A program made the position numbers and the translations under genes. DNA of 62,994 bases from Terriglobales bacterium (lineage in GTDB: Bacteria > Acidobacteriota > Terriglobia > Terriglobales > SCQP01): the NCBI GenBank assembly GCA_035553115.1, contig DATNED010000034.1, positions 1-62,994 of the forward strand, written 5' to 3'. Shown here piece after piece: positions 55,645 to 62,994 of the stretch (the stretch's first letter is position 1; every line of letters starts with the position of its first letter). The notes under the pieces are model-generated. The model made no database searches. It worked only from the letters and a program-made list of their open reading frames with translations, and was not told the DNA's origin.

Positions 55645-58500
55645 ATGGCACACATCCGCATCAACGATCTCGCGCGGGAGCTCGAGGTCAAATCGCGCGT
55701 CATCCTCGACGCCCTCACCGCCGTCGGGTTTACCGAGAAGAAGACCCACTCCAGCGCGGTGGACGAGGCCGTCGCCGAGCGCGTGCGCCGCTATCTGCGC
55801 GGCGAAAGCGAGCCCGCGCTTGAGCCCGCTCCCCAGCCCCCCGGTTCCGCCCCAGCAGCGAACGCCGCGCATGCGGCGAATATTGAAGCCGTGCAGCCGG
55901 CGCCGCCCGCGCCCCAGCCCGCCGAGCCCGAGTCGGCGGCGTCGGATGCGCCCCCGCCGCCACCGCCTCCGCCGCTCCAGCGCCGCGTCCCCACGCTGCG
56001 CACCGCCCCGGTCGCCGCGGCCCCGGCCGCGCCGCCCGCCGCCTCCGCGCCCAAGCTGCCGGTCGCGCCCGACCGGCCCATCTATCGCGCCCCCGCTCCG
56101 GCGCCTCCTGGCGCTTCCAAGCCGGTCGCCCCCGCCCCGCCGTCCGCCCCGCTGAACGTCGCGCCGCCTGCTCCGCCGCCCCCGGCGGCGCAGCCGTATG
56201 TCCCGCGTCCGACGTTGCCCGTCGCGCCCTTCAGACCTTTCGCTCAGGCGGGTTCGCCATCCGGCCAAACTTCGCCGGCGCCGGCGTCCGCGCCCACCGT
56301 TCGACGCCCGCAACTCAACATTTCCCCCACTGCCGCCCCCGCAGGTCCGGGAGCGCCGCAGGCATCTTCCCTGAATCCAGGTGCGCGGCGCGTCATTGTT
56401 CCCGTCGCACCGACCCGTCCTATCTACGCCGCTCCCGCCCGCCCGGTGCGCCCTGTTTCAGGCCAGCCCATCGCCGGCCCCGCGCCCGGTCGCCCCATCT
56501 ATCAACGCCCCGGAGCGCCTGCCCGCGCCGGCGTCGCCCGTCCCGCCCCCATCGGCGTGCCCCCGGACGGACGCCGCCCCATGCATCCCACCCGCCCCGG
56601 CGGCGCACGCGACCTGCCTCCGCGCGGTGCCCATGGCCGTCGCGAGCCGCGCAACAAAGAAGGGCAGCAAAAGTTCCAGCCCGCCACGCGCGCTCCGCAA
56701 GCTCCGCTCATGGCCACGGCCACTTCGATCACCATCAGCGAGGGCCTCACCGTCAAGGATCTCTCCGAACGGCTGGGCCTGCGCGCCAAGGACGTCATCC
56801 GCAAGCTGCTGGATCGCGGCCTTCTGGTCACGGTCAACCAGACGCTCGACACCGAGATCGCGACCCAAATCGCCAAGGACTTCGGCGCCGAGGCTCAAAC
56901 CGTTTCCTTCGAGCAGGAGGCCATGGGAGAGGTGGACCAGGTCGAAGCGCTGGATCCAGCCAAGCTCCGTCCGCGCGCGCCCGTGGTCACCATCATGGGC
57001 CACGTGGACCACGGCAAAACCTCGCTCCTCGATGCTATCCGCCAGACCAGCGTGGCCGCCGGCGAGGCCGGCGGCATCACCCAGCACATCGGTGCGTATA
57101 AGGTCGAAGTCACCGATCCGCAATCGCCCGCCTTCGGCCGCCACGTGGTCTTCATTGACACCCCCGGCCATGCCGCCTTCACCCGGATGCGCGCCCGCGG
57201 CGCCAAAGTCACCGATATCGTGGTCCTCGTGGTCGCGGCCGATGACGGCGTGATGCCGCAGACCCTCGAGGCGATTGACCACGCCAAGGCGGCCGGGGTG
57301 CCGATCGTGGTGGCCATTAACAAGATCGACAAACCCGATGCGCAACCCGACCGCGTCAAGAAACAGTTGGGCGATCGCGGCCTCCTCGCCGAAGACTGGG
57401 GCGGCACCACCGTCATGGTCAACGTCAGCGCGCGCGCGAAGACGAACCTGAATCTGCTCCTCGAAATGATTCTGCTGGTGGGCGACCTCCAGGACCTCAA
57501 GGCCGATCCCGACCGCCCCGCGCAAGGGGTGGTGCTCGAGGCCGAGTTGGACCGCGGCCGCGGTCCGGTGGCCCGCATGCTGGTGCAATCGGGCACGGTG
57601 CGCACCACCGATACCGTGATCGCTGGATCCGTGTTCGGGCGCGTGCGCGCGCTGTTTGACGATCGCGGCAATCCCCTCGATTCCGCCGGGCCTTCCACCC
57701 CGGTCGAGCTGCTCGGCTTGGATGCCCCCCCCGATGCCGGCGATTCCTGGCTCGTCGTCAACGACCGCAACAAGGCCCGCCAAATCGTCCAGTTCCGCGA
57801 AGACAAGGCGCGCGATGCCGCCCTCGCTCGCTCCGCCCACCTCAACCTCGAGGCGCTCAGCCAACAGCTCGCCCGCGGTGACGTCAAGGAACTGAACCTC
57901 ATCGTGAAGGCCGACGTCCAGGGCTCGGAAGAAGTCCTGGTCGACACCCTCAACAAGCTCTCGACCGACAAGGTCAAGCTGCGCGTGATTCATTCCGGCG
58001 TCGGCGCCATCACCGAAACCGACGTGCTCCTGGCCTCGGCTTCGAATGCCGTCGTCATCGGCTTCAGCGTGCGCCCGGAGCGCAAGGCCACCGAGTTGGC
58101 CGAGCTCGAGAAGGTGGATATCCGCCTGCACTCGATCATCTATGAGCTCACCGATGAGATCAAAAAGGCCATGCACGGCCTGCTCGAGCCGACCTTCAAG
58201 GAAATCATCCTCGGCCGCGCCGAGGTGCAGCAGGCGTTCCGCATCCCCAAGGCCGGCACCATTGCTGGCTGCTTGGTCAAGGAAGGCAAGCTGGTGCGCG
58301 ATGCCCAGGTGCGCGTCGTCCGCGACGGCACCGTGGTCTACACCAGCAAGCTCAGCTCGCTGCGCCGGTTCAAGGACGATGCCAGCGAGGTCAAGGCAGG
58401 CATGGAGTGCGGCGCGGGTGTGGCCAACTTCAGCGACATCAAACCCGGCGACATTCTCGAAGCCTTTGCCATGGAGAAGGTCGCGCCCTTGCTCTCCTAG
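55645..58500 (+). CDS. infB: Translation initiation factor IF-2
   Basis: ATG at 55645 ([15 protein letters not shown]). A long P/A-rich N-terminal region is followed by a GTPase domain ([25 protein letters not shown]). Confidence 0.97.
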   Translation: MAHIRINDLARELEVKSRVILDALTAVGFTEKKTHSSAVDEAVAERVRRYLRGESEPALEPAPQPPGSAPAANAAHAANIEAVQPAPPAPQPAEPESAASDAPPPPPPPPLQRRVPTLRTAPVAAAPAAPPAASAPKLPVAPDRPIYRAPAPAPPGASKPVAPAPPSAPLNVAPPAPPPPAAQPYVPRPTLPVAPFRPFAQAGSPSGQTSPAPASAPTVRRPQLNISPTAAPAGPGAPQASSLNPGARRVIVPVAPTRPIYAAPARPVRPVSGQPIAGPAPGRPIYQRPGAPARAGVARPAPIGVPPDGRRPMHPTRPGGARDLPPRGAHGRREPRNKEGQQKFQPATRAPQAPLMATATSITISEGLTVKDLSERLGLRAKDVIRKLLDRGLLVTVNQTLDTEIATQIAKDFGAEAQTVSFEQEAMGEVDQVEALDPAKLRPRAPVVTIMGHVDHGKTSLLDAIRQTSVAAGEAGGITQHIGAYKVEVTDPQSPAFGRHVVFIDTPGHAAFTRMRARGAKVTDIVVLVVAADDGVMPQTLEAIDHAKAAGVPIVVAINKIDKPDAQPDRVKKQLGDRGLLAEDWGGTTVMVNVSARAKTNLNLLLEMILLVGDLQDLKADPDRPAQGVVLEAELDRGRGPVARMLVQSGTVRTTDTVIAGSVFGRVRALFDDRGNPLDSAGPSTPVELLGLDAPPDAGDSWLVVNDRNKARQIVQFREDKARDAALARSAHLNLEALSQQLARGDVKELNLIVKADVQGSEEVLVDTLNKLSTDKVKLRVIHSGVGAITETDVLLASASNAVVIGFSVRPERKATELAELEKVDIRLHSIIYELTDEIKKAMHGLLEPTFKEIILGRAEVQQAFRIPKAGTIAGCLVKEGKLVRDAQVRVVRDGTVVYTSKLSSLRRFKDDASEVKAGMECGAGVANFSDIKPGDILEAFAMEKVAPLLS

Positions 58501-58508
58501 CCTCGGCC

Positions 58509-58799
58509 ATGTCGGTGGCGGTCGTGCAGATCGAGATCGTGATTCCCGAGGCAGCCTCGCTCAAGGACCGGCGGCGCGTGGTGCGCAGTCTCAAGGACCG
58601 CTTGCGCCGCGAGTTCAATGTGTCGGTCGCGGAAATGGATGAGACCGCGGATTTGTGGCAGCGCGCCTCCATCGGCCTCTGCACCATCTCCGCCGATGCC
58701 GCCTGTGCCCGCGGCCGCCTCGAACGGGCCTGCGATGCCGCCGTGCGCTGGCTCGCCGGACAGGAGGTGGTTGTGCGCGGAGTTGAGATACTGGACTAG
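58509..58799 (+). CDS. DUF503 (YlxP-like) protein
   Basis: 96 aa (MSVAVVQIEIVIPEAASLKDRRRVVRSLKDRLRREFNVSVAE), in the conserved position between infB and rbfA. Confidence 0.85.
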   Translation: MSVAVVQIEIVIPEAASLKDRRRVVRSLKDRLRREFNVSVAEMDETADLWQRASIGLCTISADAACARGRLERACDAAVRWLAGQEVVVRGVEILD

Positions 58800-58801
58800 G
58801 T

Positions 58802-59215
58802 ATGCCGCACCGACCCGAGCGCCTGGCCGAGATGATCCGCGACGAGCTCACCGAGCTGATCGAGGGCGAACTTGCCGATCCCCGCGTCGGCTTGGCCGCG
58901 ATCACCGGCGTGGCACTGCCCGCGCCCGGGCGCGTGGCCCAGGTCCGCTTCCAGGTCGAAGGCGACGAGCGCGAGCAGCGCCTCAGCCTCCAAGGGCTCA
59001 TCGCTGCTTCCAGTTTTCTGCGTGCACAGGTGGGCTTGCGCTTGCAAATTCGCCACATGCCCGAATTGCGCTTCGTGCTCGATCGCTCGCGCCAGGACAC
59101 CGCCCGCATTGAGGAACTGCTCCATCGCTCCCGCAGCCGCCAGCACCGGCAGCAGGAGCGCGACACTCCGCCAGCTCCGCACCTTGAACAAAACGAAGGA
59201 GAACAGAATGGCTGA
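58802..59215 (+). CDS. rbfA: Ribosome-binding factor A
   Basis: Motifs: RLAEMIRDELTELI, and the KH-like core with LRHMPELRFVLD. Confidence 0.93.
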   Translation: MPHRPERLAEMIRDELTELIEGELADPRVGLAAITGVALPAPGRVAQVRFQVEGDEREQRLSLQGLIAASSFLRAQVGLRLQIRHMPELRFVLDRSRQDTARIEELLHRSRSRQHRQQERDTPPAPHLEQNEGEQNG

Positions 59216-59447
59216 AGTTACCATCACGGTGCGCCGCAATGGCTCGCTCAAAGTCGAAGGCCCTTTTCGCTTGCTGGACTCCGCCGGGAACGAAATGCCG
59301 CTGCCGCCCGACAAGCCTGTGGTCTCGTTCTGCCGCTGCGGATTGTCCCAGAACAAGCCGTTTTGCGATGGCAGCCACAAGATCGCGAATTTCCAGGGTG
59401 CCGAACCCCACATCCTGGCAGCTGAGGCTGCTGCAGCTGGTTCCTAG
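59208..59447 (+). CDS. CDGSH iron-sulfur domain-containing protein
   Basis: The sequence FCRCGLSQNKPFCDGSHK contains the exact signature C-x-C-x2-S-x3-P-x-CDGSH. An AAGGAG lies 8 nt before the ATG. It overlaps the rbfA 3' end by 8 nt. Confidence 0.88.
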   Translation: MAEVTITVRRNGSLKVEGPFRLLDSAGNEMPLPPDKPVVSFCRCGLSQNKPFCDGSHKIANFQGAEPHILAAEAAAAGS

Positions 59448-59596
59448 GGCCACTAGGCCGTGCCAAGCTGGTCACCGGTAAAAATCCATAAAATTGGAAT
59501 TGTTCGTAAAAATTTTCCATTTTTTGGAGCCGACTGCGCTACAATCGGTTCATCCACACACTTGACCGTGCCTCCGCAAGGAGGCCACGACTACTT

Positions 59597-59634
59597 GCCG
59601 GAAGGTCGGCGACGGCCTTCCGGCGATTTTTTTT
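59597..59634 (+). terminator. Intrinsic terminator in the glyA upstream region (attenuator or end of a small RNA)
   Basis: GCCGGAAGG / CCTTCCGGC is a 9-bp stem with a 10-nt loop, followed after 2 nt by T8. It lies 42 nt upstream of the glyA ATG. Confidence 0.55.
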
Positions 59635-59675
59635 CCTTTCGCCAGTTCCCTGCCGTCCGCACCTAAAATCGAAGC

Positions 59676-60950
59676 ATGCCCTTGCCTCGTTCCTTTCTCG
59701 CTCCCCTGGCTGAAGTGGATCCCGATGTGGCGCAAGCCATCGCATCCGAGTCCGAGCGTCAGCACGAGCACTTGGAGTTGATTGCTTCGGAGAACTTCGT
59801 CAGCCAGGCCGTCATGGAAGCCACCGGTTCGGTCCTCACCAACAAGTACGCAGAGGGCTATCCCGGCAAACGCTATTACGGCGGCTGCGAGTACGCCGAC
59901 CAGGTCGAGGAACTGGCCCGCCAGCGGGTCAAGGCATTGTTTGGCGCCGAATATTCCAATGTGCAGCCCCACTCGGGCTCGCAAGCCAATCAGGAAGCGT
60001 ATGCGGCCGTGCTTCATCCTGGCGATGTGGTCATGGGCCTCAATTTGGCGCACGGGGGCCACCTGACCCACGGCCATCCCTTGAGCTTTTCCGGCAAGAC
60101 CTACGAGATCGTTCCCTATGGCGTGCGCCGCGACACCGAGGTTATTGACTATGACGAGCTCGCCGCTATCGCGCGCGCGAAACGTCCCAAGCTGATCATT
60201 GGCGGCGGTAGCGCCTATCCGCGCGTCATTGATTTCGCACGCATGCGCGCCATCGCCGACGAGGTCGGCGCGCTGTTCCTCGTGGACATGGCGCACTTCG
60301 CCGGTCTGGTGGCGGGCGGCGCCCACCCCAGCCCGGTGCCGCACGCACAGATCGTCACCAGCACGACTCATAAGACCCTGCGCGGACCCCGCGGCGGCCT
60401 CATCTTGGCGCAATCGAGCCTCGGCCCTGCGATAGACAAGTCGGTCTTCCCCGGATCTCAGGGCGGACCCCTCGTCCATGTGATCGCCGCCAAGGCGGTA
60501 TGCTTCCTCGAAGCGCTCCAGCCCGGCTTCCGCGCCTACGCCGCGCAGGTGGTGGCGAATGCTCGCGCGCTCGCGGCAGCCCTGCAGGCCGAAGGCTTCC
60601 GCGTGATCTCGGGCGGCACCGATACGCACTTGATGCTGATCGATGTCGCCAGCCAGGGCGTGCGCGGCAAGGAGGCGGAAAACGCGCTCCACGCCGCCAA
60701 CATCACCGTGAACAAAAACGCCATCCCCTTCGATCCGCACCCCCCCTTGAACCCGAGCGGCATCCGCCTCGGCACGCCCGCGCTCACGACCCGCGGCATG
60801 GGCGAAAAAGAAATGCGCCAGATCGCGGTCTGGATTGCGCACGCCGTGCGCCATCACGCCGAGCCCGAGGTGCTCGCCGGCGTGCAGCGCCAAGTCCGGG
60901 AACTGGCCCGCGAGTTTCCTCTGTATCCTGCCCTTTCGGCCCACAAATAG
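59676..60950 (+). CDS. glyA: Serine hydroxymethyltransferase
   Basis: Motifs: [23 protein letters not shown], and the PLP site [14 protein letters not shown]. Confidence 0.97.
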   Translation: MPLPRSFLAPLAEVDPDVAQAIASESERQHEHLELIASENFVSQAVMEATGSVLTNKYAEGYPGKRYYGGCEYADQVEELARQRVKALFGAEYSNVQPHSGSQANQEAYAAVLHPGDVVMGLNLAHGGHLTHGHPLSFSGKTYEIVPYGVRRDTEVIDYDELAAIARAKRPKLIIGGGSAYPRVIDFARMRAIADEVGALFLVDMAHFAGLVAGGAHPSPVPHAQIVTSTTHKTLRGPRGGLILAQSSLGPAIDKSVFPGSQGGPLVHVIAAKAVCFLEALQPGFRAYAAQVVANARALAAALQAEGFRVISGGTDTHLMLIDVASQGVRGKEAENALHAANITVNKNAIPFDPHPPLNPSGIRLGTPALTTRGMGEKEMRQIAVWIAHAVRHHAEPEVLAGVQRQVRELAREFPLYPALSAHK

Positions 60951-61009
60951 CGCATTTTGGATTGCAACCGCCGCCGCTCGAATACCGTCCCATTGGTAGG
61001 AGGTGCGAC

Positions 61010-61756
61010 ATGCGGTTTACGCCCGCCATTCGGGCGCTCGGATGCATAGCGTTGGGCGCGTGCTTTGCGGCGGCGCAGGTGGCCGGAAGCGCGCTCGATC
61101 ACCAGATCGCAAGCTATCTCCAGCAGCAGCTCTCCGGCAGCAAGGATCTGGCGCAAGTCCACTCCATCGTCGAGGATCGCGTCGTCACCCTCACCGGCTC
61201 CGTCACCAGCTATCGCGCCAAGCTCCAGGCCGACCACGATGCCCGCCAAGTGCAATCCGTCAACGGCGTCATCAATCAAATCCACGTCGGTGGCCCCACC
61301 GTCCCCGACGCGCAATTGCAGCGCGAATTGTCCGATCGCCTCACGTACGACCGCATTGGCATGGGCCAGACCTTCAATGCCCTGACCCTGGAGGTCAAAA
61401 ACGGTGTCGTCACCATCGGCGGCGATGTTCGCGACTATCCGGACCGCGACTCGGCGGTGGACATTGTCGCCGACACCAAAGGCGTAAAAGGCCTGGTGGA
61501 CCACATCAAGGTCGCCCCGCTTTCGCCCATGGACGATCAAATCCGCTTCGCAGCCGCCCGCGCCATCTATGGCAATCCCAGCTTCGTTCAATACGCCAAC
61601 AACCCCGCGCATCCGATCCGAATCGCTGTCGCCAATGGCCACGTCACGCTCGAGGGCGTGGTGACCTCGCAAGTGGACAAGACCATGGCCGGCAATGCCG
61701 TGCGCAGCCTGCCCGGAGTGTTCAGCGTGAAGAATAACTTAGTGGTCGCGCACTAA
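61010..61756 (+). CDS. Secreted protein with three BON domains (OsmY-like)
   Basis: ATG at 61010, preceded by GGAGG. Signal peptide MRFTPAIRALGCIALGACFAAAQ. There are three units ending in V..G.VTL.G.V......, including the final GVFSVKNNLVV. Confidence 0.88.
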   Translation: MRFTPAIRALGCIALGACFAAAQVAGSALDHQIASYLQQQLSGSKDLAQVHSIVEDRVVTLTGSVTSYRAKLQADHDARQVQSVNGVINQIHVGGPTVPDAQLQRELSDRLTYDRIGMGQTFNALTLEVKNGVVTIGGDVRDYPDRDSAVDIVADTKGVKGLVDHIKVAPLSPMDDQIRFAAARAIYGNPSFVQYANNPAHPIRIAVANGHVTLEGVVTSQVDKTMAGNAVRSLPGVFSVKNNLVVAH

Positions 61757-62994
61757 ATTTTGGGGCTCAAGCGCTGCAGAAAATCGGCCACGGCACGCGT
61801 GCCCCCGTAGAAGTTTTCGATCGCGAATTTCTCGTTGGGGCTGTGCAGGCCGTCGTCCGGCAGTCCGAAGCCCATCATCACCACCGGTGCCTTGAGCACC
61901 GTGGTGAACAGCGCTACCACCGGCACCGAGCCGCCGCTGCGCACAAACACCGGCTCGCCTCCAAAGGTCGCCTTCAACGCCGCCACGCCGGCCTGGACGT
62001 ACCGATTCGAAGTGTCCACCACGATCGGTTCAGCCGTGTTCCATAGATGAGTCGAGCTTGCAAATCCTGGCGGTGTGAGTTTCCTCACCGCTTCGGCGAA
62101 GCTGGCGTAGATCTCCGCCGGCTGCTGGTTCGGCACCAATCGCATGCTGATCTTCGCGCTGGCTCGCGCCGGAATGACGGTTTTCGAGCCGGGCCCGGTG
62201 AACCCGCCCGGCATGCCATGCACGTCCAGCGTCGGCCGGCTCCAGGTGCGCTCGAAAACCGAATACCCGGCTTCGCCGGTTAGCGCTCGCGCCCGGACTT
62301 CGTCTCGGCAGTACTGCTCTTCTTGGAACGGCAACCGCTTCCATGCCGCCTGCTCCTCCGCCGAAGGCGTCACGACCCTGTCGTAGAACCCAGGAATCAA
62401 GATGTGTCCGTCCCCGCCTTTGAGCCCGGTGATGACCCGCGCCAGCGCCTCGAAGGGGTTGGGTGCCACGCCTCCGTACAATCCCGAGTGCAAATCCCGC
62501 TCCGCGCCGCGCATCTCAACTTCGGCATACACCATGCCCCGCAGGCCCACATCAAGCGAGGGAAGTCCGGGTGCGAACATAGCCGTGTCGCTCACCACTA
62601 CGCAATCGCAAGCCAGCTTATCGCGGTGCTGCCGCACCACGTGCTCGACGGTTTCGCCTCCCACTTCCTCTTCGCCCTCGATCAAGAACCGAATATTCAC
62701 CGGCAGCGTGCCCGTCGTCGCGCGCAGCGCCTCGACGCCTTTGATATGGGCATACATCTGGCCTTTGTCGTCCGCCGCGCCGCGGGCGTAGATATTACCT
62801 TCCCGCACGGTCGGCTCGAACGGCGGCGTCTGCCACTCCTCCAGCGGGTCCGGAGGCTGCACGTCATAGTGGCCGTAAAACAGCACCGTCGGCGCGTCTT
62901 TTGCGTGCAGCCAATCGGCGTACAGCACCGGCATCCCGTTGGGATGCTTCGGCGAAGTAAGCCGCTCGATATGTTCGCACCCCGCTTCGCGCAA
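61753..62994 (-). CDS. M20-family dipeptidase/deacylase (5' end outside the window)
   Basis: Motifs: YGHYDVQPPDPLEEWQTPPF, ARGAADDKGQ, EGEEEVGG. The ORF runs to the window edge. Confidence 0.9.
   Translation of the reverse strand: MREAGCEHIERLTSPKHPNGMPVLYADWLHAKDAPTVLFYGHYDVQPPDPLEEWQTPPFEPTVREGNIYARGAADDKGQMYAHIKGVEALRATTGTLPVNIRFLIEGEEEVGGETVEHVVRQHRDKLACDCVVVSDTAMFAPGLPSLDVGLRGMVYAEVEMRGAERDLHSGLYGGVAPNPFEALARVITGLKGGDGHILIPGFYDRVVTPSAEEQAAWKRLPFQEEQYCRDEVRARALTGEAGYSVFERTWSRPTLDVHGMPGGFTGPGSKTVIPARASAKISMRLVPNQQPAEIYASFAEAVRKLTPPGFASSTHLWNTAEPIVVDTSNRYVQAGVAALKATFGGEPVFVRSGGSVPVVALFTTVLKAPVVMMGFGLPDDGLHSPNEKFAIENFYGGTRAVADFLQRLSPKI

Noticed and set aside
53641-56313. 890-aa ORF on the - strand
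   Set aside because: It is antisense to rimP, nusA and infB. The translation is Arg/Gly-rich low complexity with no motifs. This is a typical stop-free antisense frame in GC-rich DNA, whereas the + strand genes are unambiguous.
59550-59558. DnaA-box-like TCATCCACA in an AT-rich spacer (possible oriC)
   Set aside because: It is a single 8/9 match with no cluster of boxes and no dnaA/dnaN context. Chance or local regulation is more likely.
59548-59634. ZTP (pfl) riboswitch upstream of glyA
   Set aside because: The conserved GACUGGCG and CCGCCUGGGC elements and the pseudoknot partners are absent.
1-62994. CRISPR arrays, tRNA/rRNA genes, IS elements, toxin-antitoxin pairs
   Set aside because: By eye I found no regularly spaced direct repeats, no GGTTCGAATCC-type T-arm motifs and no transposase-like ORFs. 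A tRNAscan or Infernal run would be needed to be certain.

Overview
This is a GC-rich, densely packed chromosomal segment with about 55 protein genes. I saw no rRNA, tRNA, CRISPR array, IS element or prophage. The host is Gram-negative, since it carries the LPS genes lpxD and a fused lptF/lptG. The SBBP/Ig-like surface protein and the DUF1844 and TPR-CHAT genes suggest Acidobacteriota, but that is inference only.

Most of the window is housekeeping:
- xerD, an NTase-like gene, dnaE and accA
- guaA-leuS and nfo
- pfk, a lipoprotein gene and lptFG
- ALDH, ald, hrcA, grpE, dnaJ and rsmE
- phhA, and plsY-gpsA
- dgt, DUF1844, an MBL hydrolase, ribF and a DinB-family gene
- rimP, nusA, infB, DUF503, rbfA and a CDGSH gene
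- glyA, and hutU-hutI-ftcD
- a peptide ABC importer with an M61 peptidase
- an ECF sigma / anti-sigma / CpxP-like module next to hsp20

Many very long ORFs in the track are antisense or upstream-extension artefacts of the high GC content.

I did not find a convincing self-contained novel multi-gene system. The best leads are:
1. An orphan TPR-CHAT caspase-like protease.
2. An NTase-fold protein that has lost its catalytic aspartates and carries a histone-H1-like tail, sitting between xerD and dnaE.
3. A single-polypeptide LptF-LptG fusion, translationally coupled to a beta-propeller lipoprotein.
4. A roughly 240-nt structured leuS leader with an 8-nt anti-SD, preceded by a 31-nt element that recurs at the window start.
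5. A promoter / hairpin / U8 terminator unit upstream of glyA, which could be an attenuator or a small RNA.
6. An internal sorting-signal-plus-lipobox arrangement at the C-terminus of the SBBP protein.
7. An uncharacterised tandem-domain protein coupled to lpxD, followed by a metallophosphoesterase.

All functional calls come from motif recognition by eye, and no database search was run.
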